DNA of 64,000 nt. It comes from Alphaproteobacteria bacterium. GTDB taxonomy: Bacteria; Pseudomonadota; Alphaproteobacteria; RF32; CAG-239. Positions 30,659 through 40,990 of the stretch are shown here, piece by piece. Numbering within the stretch: position 1 is the first letter of the stretch; every line of letters starts with the position of its first letter. The notes under the pieces are model-generated. The model saw nothing but the letters and a program-made list of their open reading frames with translations, had not been told where the DNA came from and made no database searches. Both the position numbers and the translations under genes were made by a program. The DNA is taken from the NCBI GenBank assembly GCA_017546315.1, contig JAFYXH010000007.1:14508-78507 (forward strand), in the 5' to 3' direction.

Positions 30659-31912
30659 TTGCAACTCGTTGAAAAAGACAAAAAAGTTAAGACAGTCGTT
30701 ATTTGCCCTTTGGTAGATACTGAATCTTTGGTTTATACTTCTTTGGATGTGTTAAATAGAGAAGAAGAAGTTAAAGGATTGGTAGAAGCTATGGGGCAGG
30801 CGGCTGTTTTTTCTTTGAGTGTTAATGTTAGAAAAATTATTGCTAAGACTTTTTTCGGAAGTGGTGTTATTGAGAGAATTAAAGAAAAAAGTTTAGAGTG
30901 CGAAGCAGAGTTATTGGTTGTTGATCATAATTTATCGCCAGTGCAACAGAGGAATCTTGAAAAAGCACTAAATTTGAAAGTTATTGATAGGACAGCCGTT
31001 ATTTTAGAGATTTTTGGAAGACGAGCTAAGACAAATGAAGGAAAATTGCAAGTAGAGTTGGCTCATCTTACTTATCAGCGAGGAAGACTTGTTCGTAGTT
31101 GGACACATCTTGAAAGACAACGTGGTGGTGGTGGCTTTATGGGTGGACCTGGTGAAACACAGATAGAGCTTGATAGAAGACATATTGATAATAGAATTTT
31201 AAAGATAAAAAAAGAGTTAGAGAAAGTAAAGAAAACACGTGGGATACAACGTAGCGCGAGGTTTAAGGTGCCATTTCCGACTGTTGCGTTGGTTGGATAT
31301 ACAAATGCTGGTAAATCAACGTTATTTAATCAGTTAACTAAAGCTGATGTGATGGCAAAAGATATGTTGTTTGCAACTCTTGATCCTTGTATGAGGAAGT
31401 TAACACTTGAAAAAGGTTTGGATGTTATTTTATCTGACACGGTTGGGTTTATTTCTAATTTGCCACATGAGTTGGTTATGGCTTTTAGAGGGACGTTAGA
31501 AGAAGTCAGAGTTGCTGATATAATATTGCATGTGATCGATGTTTCTAATGAAGGGTATAAAAAGCAAGTTGAAGATGTTTGGAAGGTGTTATTAGAATTA
31601 GGTTTTACGGATGAAGAATTAAGCAGTAAATACATAGAGATATATAATAAAATTGATAAACTTGAAGATGGTTATGATGGGTTGGAAGCTAAAATAAAGA
31701 ATGGTGTATGTGTTTCTGCGGTATCTGGTGAGGGGTGTCAAAATATTTTGAAATTGTTGGCTGAAAAATTAAGAAAAAAATCTGAAATTAAGGAAATTGT
31801 TTTGGATATGAATGATGGAAAAGAATTAGCTAAGATGTATGAAAAGTATGAAGTCTTAAAAAGGGTTGATGATATTGATAAGGGTGTTATATTGCTTTTA
31901 GTTAGAGGTTAA
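30659..31912 (+). CDS. hflX: GTPase HflX
   Basis: G-domain motifs GYTNAGKST, DTVGF, NKID; conserved hfq-hflX linkage; apparent TTG start 3 nt after the hfq stop. Confidence 0.8.
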   Translation: MQLVEKDKKVKTVVICPLVDTESLVYTSLDVLNREEEVKGLVEAMGQAAVFSLSVNVRKIIAKTFFGSGVIERIKEKSLECEAELLVVDHNLSPVQQRNLEKALNLKVIDRTAVILEIFGRRAKTNEGKLQVELAHLTYQRGRLVRSWTHLERQRGGGGFMGGPGETQIELDRRHIDNRILKIKKELEKVKKTRGIQRSARFKVPFPTVALVGYTNAGKSTLFNQLTKADVMAKDMLFATLDPCMRKLTLEKGLDVILSDTVGFISNLPHELVMAFRGTLEEVRVADIILHVIDVSNEGYKKQVEDVWKVLLELGFTDEELSSKYIEIYNKIDKLEDGYDGLEAKIKNGVCVSAVSGEGCQNILKLLAEKLRKKSEIKEIVLDMNDGKELAKMYEKYEVLKRVDDIDKGVILLLVRG

Positions 31913-31973
31913 GTTGTTATTGATTTAATTGGATTTTTGTGATATACTTTGAAGGTGTTGATAGGAGAATAAG

Positions 31974-33782
31974 ATGGAAGATAAAAGTAATAATGAATTT
32001 AATGATAATGATCTTTATCTTATAAATGAGAATTACCAAAAAGGTAATGATGATTTTTTACAGTTGTTTGTTGGTGATAAAGCGTTTGTTGTTCCTTATG
32101 GATGTACGGTTGGCAATAACACGGACAAGCAAGCTGTTTCGAGATTTGAAAATCAGTTATTTGATTTTGAAGATGTAGAATGTGGTAAATATAATAGAAA
32201 TAAGAAGAAAATTAGAAGTGTTGATTATGAGGGGCGTAAATATATTGTACCTTATGATCATCAAGGCGAGATTGTGCCTGAAGAAATCGCTAAGATGGCT
32301 ATAGAAAAAGCTGAAACTAAGTATAATACTATTATAAATGCGCATAGAGAATTAAAAGAACGTGGCGAAAATGTTGGAGTAATTCGTTTTTATGAACGGG
32401 ATGCTAATGAGTATGTGAGTAGATTATCTGAATTAGAAGCTCCAGTGTTATTGAGTGAAGATACTCCAGATATGCTTAAGATTGCAAAATTTACGGAAAG
32501 AGTAGGGAAGAATACTAAGGTTTTTAAAGGGGAAGTAAAAAAGATTGTTGATGGTGTCGTAAAAGAAGAAACTGAAAATGTTAAGCAAGTTATTGAAAAA
32601 GTTTCTGCTTTGGGTGAAGAAGGTGGCGAGCAAATAGTTAAAGTTGCTAAGAAATTAGCAAAAAATGTTAAGAAGAAAATTGTTGAAACAGAATTTAAAT
32701 CTGCAAAAAAATATGTTCCTGATAGTTATAAGGTGGCGATGTTGGCAGTTGCGCTTGGTGGAGTTGGTGGTGGAGTTTATTTGAATAATAAACTTAATAA
32801 AGACGGTGAAGAAAAAGTTATTAAAGTTGATGAACGTAAAAATAAGATTGTTCAGGATGGTGTTTATACTACTTTTGATGGTAGAAAGTTGCAAGATAAG
32901 CACGGGAATTTGGAGGCAATTAACCGATTAAGAAAAGAAATTACACTTATGATGATTGCGGTTGAAGGATATGCTAACAATATATTCCCTGATACAAGAA
33001 ATAATGCAACGGGTGGAATTGGACTAACTGTATCATTTGATGAAAATGGTAATGAGCGTAAGCTTAATTTGGGTGAAGCTGATTGGAGTGATAAGAAGGT
33101 TATTGAGCAAAAATGGATGTATATGGAAAAACATATGCTTCCAATAATTGCCTCTATTGATAAAAAATGCTTGGATGAAGAGATTTTAGCTACAATTGGT
33201 GCAGGTTTTTGTTGGGGACCTACAAACTTGAGGAATTCCGAATATTTAAAAAGCGTTAAACAGGGGGATAGTGTTGATGTATTAACAAGAAAGTTAACGG
33301 GTTTTAGGAATCCTTCTGGACTTGTTAAACGAGAGTATTTACTTGCGTGTTTGTTAGAGAAAAAGTGGGACGTTAATGATTTGAAAGATATGCCGGTTTA
33401 TTATTTAAAAGATAAGGGTTTTTTACATGCGGCAATTTATACTTTGGATTTTGATGATATTTGTCCAATTAAAAAAGACAAGAAAGGAAATCCTATTTTA
33501 GATAAAGGACATAATCAAATACCACGTCCGGATGCTGATGGTTTTTGTACATTATATATGGATCGCTCAAAAGAAGTTTTAGATAAGATTTTAAATCCTA
33601 ATGCAAAATTTGGTGATTATAAAACTGTTGATGAATTGTTGCCTAAAGAGGCTTTGGAATATTTGAAACCAGATTACTGTTTATCATCTTTGCAAGAGAA
33701 ATTGACTAAATTAAACAAGGAGAAAAAATCAACAATTGAATACGGAGAGGCACTTGCTATGATGACAACTAAGGGGCGTTAG
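31974..33782 (+). CDS. hypothetical protein (602 aa), no recognisable family
   Basis: Good RBS (aggag); one hydrophobic segment (AMLAVALGGVGGGVYL); Cys-containing GAGFCWGPTN block; otherwise lysine/glutamate-rich. Confidence 0.55.
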   Translation: MEDKSNNEFNDNDLYLINENYQKGNDDFLQLFVGDKAFVVPYGCTVGNNTDKQAVSRFENQLFDFEDVECGKYNRNKKKIRSVDYEGRKYIVPYDHQGEIVPEEIAKMAIEKAETKYNTIINAHRELKERGENVGVIRFYERDANEYVSRLSELEAPVLLSEDTPDMLKIAKFTERVGKNTKVFKGEVKKIVDGVVKEETENVKQVIEKVSALGEEGGEQIVKVAKKLAKNVKKKIVETEFKSAKKYVPDSYKVAMLAVALGGVGGGVYLNNKLNKDGEEKVIKVDERKNKIVQDGVYTTFDGRKLQDKHGNLEAINRLRKEITLMMIAVEGYANNIFPDTRNNATGGIGLTVSFDENGNERKLNLGEADWSDKKVIEQKWMYMEKHMLPIIASIDKKCLDEEILATIGAGFCWGPTNLRNSEYLKSVKQGDSVDVLTRKLTGFRNPSGLVKREYLLACLLEKKWDVNDLKDMPVYYLKDKGFLHAAIYTLDFDDICPIKKDKKGNPILDKGHNQIPRPDADGFCTLYMDRSKEVLDKILNPNAKFGDYKTVDELLPKEALEYLKPDYCLSSLQEKLTKLNKEKKSTIEYGEALAMMTTKGR

Positions 33783-33874
33783 TTTTTTCTAAAAAATATG
33801 ATAAATTGCTTGACCTTTGGTAAGAAAGTTTGTAATTTTTCTTTAGATTTATTTTAATTTAGGAGTTTTTTAAG

Positions 33875-34684
33875 ATGGTAAAAACACTTATAGTTATTCC
33901 GGCTCGTTATGGATCTTCTAGATTTCCAGGAAAGCCTTTGGCTAAGATTGCTGGTAAGGAAATGTTGTTAAGAGTTTGTGAAATAGCGAAAAAAGGAACA
34001 GTTGATTGTGATGCTCATATAGTTGTTGCGACTGAAGATGAGAGAATTTTTAATTTCTGTAAAGAGCATAAAATTGAATGTTTGATGACAAGCGATAAGT
34101 GTAAAACAGGAAGTGATAGAATTTGTGAAGCAGTTAATATTCTTAATGAAAACCCTGATTTTATTATAAATTTACAAGGTGATAATCCTGTTTGTCCTCC
34201 AAGTTTTGTTAGAGAATTGATTAGAAGTTTTGAAGAAGATCAGTCTGCTGATTTGGTAACTCCTGTTGTTCAACTTACTTGGAAAGAATTAGATGAATTA
34301 AGAGAAAATAAGAAAACAACACCATTTTCAGGGACAACATGTATTGTTGATAGTTTGGGGTATGCTAGATGGTTTTCTAAAAACATTATTCCTGCAATTA
34401 GAAAAGAGGGTGATTTGCGTGAAAAGGGCGAAGTTAGTCCTGTTTTCCGTCATGTTGGGATGTATGGATATAAGAGTGAATCACTATTTAAGTTTAGTAG
34501 CTTAAGTGAAGGTGTTTATGAGAAACTTGAAGGTCTTGAGCAATTGAGATTTTTAGAAAATGGTATGAAGATCAAGGTTGCTAAAGTTAGTTATGGTGCG
34601 TTTAGTGGTAGCATGGGTGGTGTTGACTCTCCTGATGATGTTAAACGTGCTGAAGAATTGTTTGCAAAATATGGTGAATTTTAG
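33875..34684 (+). CDS. kdsB: 3-deoxy-manno-octulosonate cytidylyltransferase (CMP-KDO synthetase)
   Basis: N-terminal IPARYGSSRFPGKPL motif; 269 aa. Confidence 0.85.
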   Translation: MVKTLIVIPARYGSSRFPGKPLAKIAGKEMLLRVCEIAKKGTVDCDAHIVVATEDERIFNFCKEHKIECLMTSDKCKTGSDRICEAVNILNENPDFIINLQGDNPVCPPSFVRELIRSFEEDQSADLVTPVVQLTWKELDELRENKKTTPFSGTTCIVDSLGYARWFSKNIIPAIRKEGDLREKGEVSPVFRHVGMYGYKSESLFKFSSLSEGVYEKLEGLEQLRFLENGMKIKVAKVSYGAFSGSMGGVDSPDDVKRAEELFAKYGEF

Positions 34685-34696
34685 GAGATTATGCTT

Positions 34697-35371
34697 ATGA
34701 CTACCAGGCTCGTTATTGCACGCCATGGAAATACTTTTACAAAAGATCAAACCCCTCTTAGAGTGGGAGCTAGAACAGATTTACCTTTGGTGGAAACCGA
34801 AAGAGGGACTAATATTGGTAAATATTTAAGAATGAGAACTATTATTCCGGATGTTGTGTTTGCTGCTCCTTTGAAAAGAACTATGGAAACAGCTCGCTTG
34901 GCTATTGCATCTTTAGATAAAGATATCAAATTAAATATTGATGATAGATTTATTGAAATTGATTATGGTCCAGATGAAGGAAAGACTGAAGCTGAAGTTG
35001 TTGCCAGAATTGGACAAAAAGCAATAGAAGAGTGGGATAGGGCTGGAATAGTGCCTGATGGTTGGACTGTTTCAGTCGAAGGTATTAAAGATCAATGGAA
35101 AAAATTTGCGAATGAAATTGAGGCTGAATATAAAAACAAAACTGTGATGGTCGTTAGTTCTAATGGAATTATCCGTTTTGCGCCATATTTGACAGGTGAT
35201 TTTGATAAATTTTCTGAAGATTTTAATATCAAAGTTGGAACAGGTTCTGTTTGCATTTTAGAAAAAGATGAAAATGAGGAATTTTGGCGAGTTATTGAAT
35301 GGGGAACCAAACCCAAAGATAAATTGATTGATAAGACAGCGCCACAGCCAATATCATCTCATATTGCATAA
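34697..35371 (+). CDS. histidine phosphatase (phosphoglycerate mutase-like) family protein
   Basis: RHG catalytic motif (LVIARHGNT); RBS aggag favours the ATG at 34697 over 34691. Confidence 0.65.
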   Translation: MTTRLVIARHGNTFTKDQTPLRVGARTDLPLVETERGTNIGKYLRMRTIIPDVVFAAPLKRTMETARLAIASLDKDIKLNIDDRFIEIDYGPDEGKTEAEVVARIGQKAIEEWDRAGIVPDGWTVSVEGIKDQWKKFANEIEAEYKNKTVMVVSSNGIIRFAPYLTGDFDKFSEDFNIKVGTGSVCILEKDENEEFWRVIEWGTKPKDKLIDKTAPQPISSHIA

Positions 35372-35888
35372 ATATGAAAGTTATGCGTCTTTTGTTAGCT
35401 CCGTGGATTTTACGGGGCTTTTTTTTGATGTGATGATTTGAGTTATTTTTAAGATAATAATTTGGGCAATTTAGAATGAGGTGAAGGTATAAAGTTATGT
35501 AGATTAAGGCTGAGCTCGTTTATAGCGTTCTTTAAATTTGTGTTTTACATGCGTTTAGTTGTTGGTTTTGCTATGTTTTTACATGTTTGTTATAGTTTTT
35601 AAGATTGATTTATATGTTTAAAAATAGTTAAAAAGTATGCTTTTAGTGTTTCTAAAAAGTATTACTATACATAATATATATTATGCGACAAAATGTTATT
35701 ATAGCAGATAGGGACGCCCTCTTTATTTTTATGCAAAAAAAAAGAAACATGTTAAAGCTTGGTTTGTTTATAAAACAAAATGAGTTATCGTTATGAAATT
35801 TGATTAAAAAAATATAATCAATTTTATAAAACTTGTAATCGATACAAAAAAATACCGCACTATAAATAGTGTGGTATTTGGGGTTTGG

Positions 35889-36542
35889 TTAGATAAAATC
35901 CTTGAACGTTGTGTTAAATTGTTCGTTAGAAATTATCTCTTCGCAGTAAGTGTTCAGAATGTGGAAGTAATCATGCAAAAACTCTTTACGAAACTCTGTG
36001 AAGCTTGTAATTTGTTTTTGGGAATTTTCGTAATGAAAATACTCCGCATCAAGCACTAACAACTTTGATGAGTATCCGTCAGATGGAGGTGGAACATCCC
36101 CTCTTCTTCGGATTGCGTTTTGGATATTGACCTTTTTGAAGCCAAATGATGTGTTGCAAATAACTTTAGCACCCTTTTCTTTCAACGCTGTTGCGTAGAT
36201 AGTTGTAAAGATTGCCTTGATGTTTGCAATTTTTGCATCTTTGAGGTGTGAAAGTTCTTTGGTGAACTCTACTGCAATATCCTCTGAACGTAAGCGTTCT
36301 GCCAATTTGGTTATCCAAGATTTTACTTGAGCCTCTGTCAATGATAAATCTTCTTTGATATGAAGAGCATCGCAATCAAGTTCATTGTTTAACATCTTGT
36401 TTACAACTCTTTGTGGCAGGTTGTCATTTTCTTTACATGAAGATGCTTCGATTACATCTTGTAAAGTTTGATAAAATAACGTCTCAAATCTGTGCTTTGT
36501 GATCACAGCTAGGTTTTTAATGTAACATCTCATAATTAACAT
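35889..36542 (-). CDS. hypothetical protein (217 aa), orphan
   Basis: ORF bounded by a ~490-bp AT-rich non-coding region; no recognisable motif. Confidence 0.45.
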   Translation of the reverse strand: MLIMRCYIKNLAVITKHRFETLFYQTLQDVIEASSCKENDNLPQRVVNKMLNNELDCDALHIKEDLSLTEAQVKSWITKLAERLRSEDIAVEFTKELSHLKDAKIANIKAIFTTIYATALKEKGAKVICNTSFGFKKVNIQNAIRRRGDVPPPSDGYSSKLLVLDAEYFHYENSQKQITSFTEFRKEFLHDYFHILNTYCEEIISNEQFNTTFKDFI

Positions 36543-36671
36543 AAAAATTGGTTTTCATAATCTTTTATTATATTTGACAAATAAAGTCAATATATTTTTA
36601 TTTTTGTGATAAATAGCTTGATTTTTATTTATTTAGTTGTAGTTTTTATTGAAAATTATATCGGAGGTCGC

Positions 36672-37460
36672 ATGAGAAATTTTGGATTAAAACTTTGGAC
36701 AAAAGATTTTGTTAAAAATATTGAGTTTGTTAATGATGCTGAAAGAGCAATAAAAGAAGGTAAATTTGATTATTTAGAGTTGTTTGCCCTTCCCTTGAGC
36801 TATGATGAAACTTATGAAAGTGTTTTGAGCAAATTTGGAGGTGTGAAAGTTATTATACATGCACCTCATGGATTGCAAGGTCTTGATATTTCTGATAAAA
36901 ATGAATTTGAAAACAATAAAAAAAGAATTGAAGATGCGCAAAGATTTGCAGATTTGTTGGAGGCTTCTTTTATCGTGCTACACCCAGGGATGAATGCTGG
37001 TGAAGAATTTTTAGAGGAAAGTATTAGGCAATTTGGATTGTTTAATGATAAAAGATTAACTGTTGAAAATTTACCATCATATTGTTCTCAAACAAAACGG
37101 TTATTACATGGAATTAAGCCTTCTGAAATAAAGCGCTTTATTGATGAAGTTGGGTGTCCTTTTTGCCTTGATTTTTCACACGCAATTTGTGGCGCAAATA
37201 GCTGTAATATCGATATTTATGAGTTTTTAGATGAGATGAAAGCTCTTAATCCTTCTATGTATCATTTGTGTGATGGAGATGTGAATTCTTTAAATGATAG
37301 CCATCTTCATTTTGGTGAGGGAGATTATGATTTAAGAAGATTAGTGCTTGAATATACTAAGGAAAATGCCCTCATCACAATGGAAACAGGGCATGGAATT
37401 CCAAATAGTGTTCAACCTTGGATTTCTGATATAAATTACATCAGAAATGTTATTTCTTAA
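36672..37460 (+). CDS. sugar phosphate isomerase/epimerase (xylose-isomerase-like TIM barrel) family protein
   Basis: Pattern of His/Glu/Asp-bearing strands (IHAPHG, VLHPG, LDFSHA) typical of AP endonuclease 2/xylose isomerase-like fold; RBS ggagg before the ATG at 36672. Confidence 0.5.
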   Translation: MRNFGLKLWTKDFVKNIEFVNDAERAIKEGKFDYLELFALPLSYDETYESVLSKFGGVKVIIHAPHGLQGLDISDKNEFENNKKRIEDAQRFADLLEASFIVLHPGMNAGEEFLEESIRQFGLFNDKRLTVENLPSYCSQTKRLLHGIKPSEIKRFIDEVGCPFCLDFSHAICGANSCNIDIYEFLDEMKALNPSMYHLCDGDVNSLNDSHLHFGEGDYDLRRLVLEYTKENALITMETGHGIPNSVQPWISDINYIRNVIS

Positions 37461-38521
37461 GATGTTATCTCTTTAATTAAGTTTGGTATAGAGGTTATTT
37501 TTACCGGATTTGACTTCATATTTGAGGTATATATTGCTCTGTTTTGATAAACTTTGTCTAATGCCGGAAATAATATTTCTGGGTTGTCGATATTTTCGTC
37601 AGCAATCAATTCTGCGTAGCCTTTTTGGACAAAACTCTTGGCATTTAGAGTTTGCTCTCCTCTTGAAGAAGTATTTGGAAGAGGAACGAGTATCATTGGT
37701 TTATTTAGGCTTGCTAATTCAAATATAGAATTTGAACCGGCTCTAGAAATTACGACATCTGCTAATGCTAATAAATCTTTTAAATTGGTATCAACGTATT
37801 CATATTGAGCATAGCCATCTCTTTTTATATCTGGATTATAACCATTTTTCCCTGAGATATGAATTATTTGGTATGTTTTTAGCAGTTGATCTAGGTTATT
37901 ATATACCGCATTGTTTAAGCTTTGTGCTCCTAAGCTTCCTCCGATTACTAAAATAGTTGGTTTATTGGTGTTTAGATTGCTAAATTTAGCCCCCTCTTCT
38001 TTTGAGCCGTTAAACAATCTATCCGATAAGGCAGGACCTATGTATTTTACTTTATGTTTTTGTTTTACTTTGTTAATTGTCTCTTCAAATGTGGTGAAAA
38101 AAGTATTAACAAATGGTAGGCTTAGCTTGTTTGCGAGCCCTGGAGTTAGATCTGATTCGTGCATATAAATTTTTTTGCGATTGATAAAACCGCCTACCAC
38201 TACTGGAAATGATACAAATCCACCTTTTGAAAAGATAATGTCTGGGTTTAATTTATGTACTAAATATATAGCTTGTAAGCATCCAAATGGAATTTTTATC
38301 ATATCAATAAAATTTTGCCATGAAAAATAGCGACGGAGTTTTCCTGTGGTGATTGAGTGATAATAAACGTTGTTTAGATTTTTTATGAGATCTTTTTCCA
38401 TGCCATTGTGCGAACCAATGTAATGAACTTCCCATCCTTGTTCTAAAAAGCTTGGTATTAGGGCTAGATTTAAGGTCACATGCCCTGCTGAGCCACCTCC
38501 GGTGAAAATTATTTTTGGCAT
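37457..38521 (-). CDS. murG: GT28 glycosyltransferase closely resembling Gram-positive (streptococcal-type) MurG
   Basis: N-terminus IIFTGGGSAGHVTLNLALIPSF..GWEVHYIG..., HSITTGKLRRYFSWQN, SKGGFVSFPVV, HESDLTPGLANK align nearly block-for-block with Streptococcus MurG; 3 bp downstream of rmuC. Confidence 0.7.
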   Translation of the reverse strand: MPKIIFTGGGSAGHVTLNLALIPSFLEQGWEVHYIGSHNGMEKDLIKNLNNVYYHSITTGKLRRYFSWQNFIDMIKIPFGCLQAIYLVHKLNPDIIFSKGGFVSFPVVVGGFINRKKIYMHESDLTPGLANKLSLPFVNTFFTTFEETINKVKQKHKVKYIGPALSDRLFNGSKEEGAKFSNLNTNKPTILVIGGSLGAQSLNNAVYNNLDQLLKTYQIIHISGKNGYNPDIKRDGYAQYEYVDTNLKDLLALADVVISRAGSNSIFELASLNKPMILVPLPNTSSRGEQTLNAKSFVQKGYAELIADENIDNPEILFPALDKVYQNRAIYTSNMKSNPVKITSIPNLIKEITS

Positions 38522-38524
38522 ATT

Positions 38525-39898
38525 TTAGTCTCCATCTTGAATTAAAAATGTAGTATTTTCTAATAGTAAATCGTTATCACTTAAGGTTAGGTTAATTGTT
38601 TTATTGGTTTTTGAGCCTAGTAGGCGCATTTTTTCTGCATGAGAAAGTGCTGAGCCTTTGCCTTGGAGTTTAGTCATAGCGTTTCCATAAGCATTAGATG
38701 CTTGAGTTAGAGCTCTATCAATTGCTTTCATATCATCAATAAAACCTGCTAGTTTATCGTATATTTTTCCGCCTAATTCAGCTATTTTTTGCACATTTTG
38801 ATTTTGACTATCGATTCTCCATAAGTTTTCTACGGTTCGTAAAGTTGGTAGAAGTGATAATGGGGTTGCAAGGATAACGTTTTTCTTATAAGCATAATCA
38901 TAGATGTGATTATCAAGTTCTAAGGCTGCGATATATGCACTTTCTACGGGGATGAACATTATTACATAATTTAGAGATGTGTCTTTTAGTAGTTTTTGAT
39001 ATTCTTTTGATGATAATTCATCAATATGTGATTTTATATCTGAAAGGTTCTTTTGAAGATATTTAAGGCTTAATTCGGTGTCATCGGTATTGGTTGCATC
39101 TAAATATGCATTGAGTGATACTTTGGAGTCGATAATTATATCTCGATTATCAGGGAGATGTATGATAACGTCTGGACGATAGATCTTTTTATTATCATTA
39201 GTAAATGTTTTTTGAGTTTCATAATCTTGATCTTTGCGTAGACCTGAAATTTCTAGAATGCGAGATAATTGACATTCGCCCCAATTTCCTTGTGCTTTGC
39301 TTGCACCTTTTAAGGCTGAGGCAAGGTTTTGCGCATCTTGGCTTAGGGTTTTATTTAGGTTTACTAAATTTGAAAGCTGAGTATCTAGGCTTGATTTGTT
39401 TTTTATGCTTTCGGTTCTTGCTAAATTTACCTCATCCTTGAAGGCGGTTAGTTGTTCTTTGAATGGATTTAAGATTTGAGATAAAGAGTTAAATTGAGAT
39501 TTTGAAAAATCTTCATGTTGTGATTTGATTACTTCGGTTGAGATGTCTTTAAATTTTAGAGTTAAATCTTCTTTTATTTTTTCTAGGTATGTGATTTTTT
39601 CTTGAAGTGCTTCTTCTTTAGCGAAAGATGAGGCTTTGATTGCGGAAAGAGAATTCTCAGCACTACGAAGCGAATCGGATAATTGTTGTTTTTCATTCTG
39701 GAGAGAATTGAGCATATTATCTTGAAGGTGTAGCTTTTGATTGATGAGGATGTATTCTTTTTCTAAAAGCGAATAATTGTTGGTTGTTTTTTTGAGTTTG
39801 TTTTTATTTTTTATGTTTAGGATTGATAGAGTTATGGTTGATATGGTTAATAGAGCAATAATTGCTATGATATAGTGAGTTTGATATAGTATTGTCAT
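38525..39898 (-). CDS. rmuC: DNA recombination protein RmuC
   Basis: N-terminal TM helix, long coiled-coil, C-terminal RmuC nuclease-like region. Confidence 0.75.
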   Translation of the reverse strand: MTILYQTHYIIAIIALLTISTITLSILNIKNKNKLKKTTNNYSLLEKEYILINQKLHLQDNMLNSLQNEKQQLSDSLRSAENSLSAIKASSFAKEEALQEKITYLEKIKEDLTLKFKDISTEVIKSQHEDFSKSQFNSLSQILNPFKEQLTAFKDEVNLARTESIKNKSSLDTQLSNLVNLNKTLSQDAQNLASALKGASKAQGNWGECQLSRILEISGLRKDQDYETQKTFTNDNKKIYRPDVIIHLPDNRDIIIDSKVSLNAYLDATNTDDTELSLKYLQKNLSDIKSHIDELSSKEYQKLLKDTSLNYVIMFIPVESAYIAALELDNHIYDYAYKKNVILATPLSLLPTLRTVENLWRIDSQNQNVQKIAELGGKIYDKLAGFIDDMKAIDRALTQASNAYGNAMTKLQGKGSALSHAEKMRLLGSKTNKTINLTLSDNDLLLENTTFLIQDGD

Positions 39899-40168
39899 GA
39901 GCGCCTTCTTTGTTTGATTCTAGATAAAAGAGCATAGATTTGTTTTTGTTTTTTAGCAATAGTTTTAAGTATTTTATTATTTTTTTAGTAAAAATCACTT
40001 TTTTCTGCATTATATATAAAATATTATATATTAGAATGAAAAATCATAGCGTTAATACAAAAATTGATAAAATTTATCTTGATTTTTTTTTAATAGTTGT
40101 GTATTTGTGTGTTAAGCGAGAAGTTATTTACTTCTTTAATTGACGGTTTAATAAATAAAGGAGGAATT

Positions 40169-40960
40169 ATGACTTCTATTATCACAGAAAACGGATATAA
40201 AAATGGTGTTGGATTTTTTGATAGAGTATCCAAACAAATTGTAATCAAGCATCCTTGCGTTAGAAAAAAAGAAGCACAAGAAGTGTTTGCTTGGATTGAA
40301 GAGGCTAAGACGACGGGGTTGAAATCTTTTATCGTTGGCGTTGGAATGATGGATAACTTCCTTGATTGCAATGAAGAAGATAATATTTATAACGTTTCTA
40401 GAGAGTTGGTTAGAGGTGTTGTTGAAAAAACTAAAAGTGTTGAAGCTGCTTTTTTGCTTGAGGTTTTAGTTAGACTTGATAAATGTGCAGAGCTTGAAAA
40501 ATTGAGTTTAAAATGCGTTGGTTTTAATGAACATCCTGCTGTTTTTGAAATGTTGTTAAAAAATATTAGAGTATTGAAAAGTTTAAGATGTTTAGAGTTA
40601 AACGGTTCTTTCTTTGGAGCTGAGCAATTGGTTGATTTGGCTGATTTTGTTAGCAGAACATCTATTGCAAGAATTGTTTGGCCTGAAGTTCAATTAGATG
40701 AAGATGTTGTTAGTATTATTGCACGTAAATTTGATGAGAATATTGCTTTAGTTGATGCAACTTTTGCACCACTTGAGCTTCGTAAAATTGCAAAGAGAAA
40801 TAGACGTAGATTTTTTAAATTTATGTATAATTCAATGAGTTTATCTGAGGAAGATGTTCGTTTGATTAAAGAATATAAAGATTCTGCTTATTATGCGTTG
40901 AATTATGAATATCAAAAGCTTGCTGATATGAATAAAACTTTGGGCGGTATTTTAGTTTAA
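40169..40960 (+). CDS. leucine-rich-repeat (ribonuclease-inhibitor-type) protein, eukaryote-like
   Basis: Repeating L..L.L..C.L......L..LL..N ~28-aa units (LEVLVRLDKCAELEKLSLKCVGFNEHPAVFEMLLKNIRVLKSLRCLELNGSFF); RBS aaggagg before the ATG at 40169. Confidence 0.6.
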   Translation: MTSIITENGYKNGVGFFDRVSKQIVIKHPCVRKKEAQEVFAWIEEAKTTGLKSFIVGVGMMDNFLDCNEEDNIYNVSRELVRGVVEKTKSVEAAFLLEVLVRLDKCAELEKLSLKCVGFNEHPAVFEMLLKNIRVLKSLRCLELNGSFFGAEQLVDLADFVSRTSIARIVWPEVQLDEDVVSIIARKFDENIALVDATFAPLELRKIAKRNRRRFFKFMYNSMSLSEEDVRLIKEYKDSAYYALNYEYQKLADMNKTLGGILV

Positions 40961-40990
40961 TTATTCTTTAGATTAAAAAACGGTAAAAGA

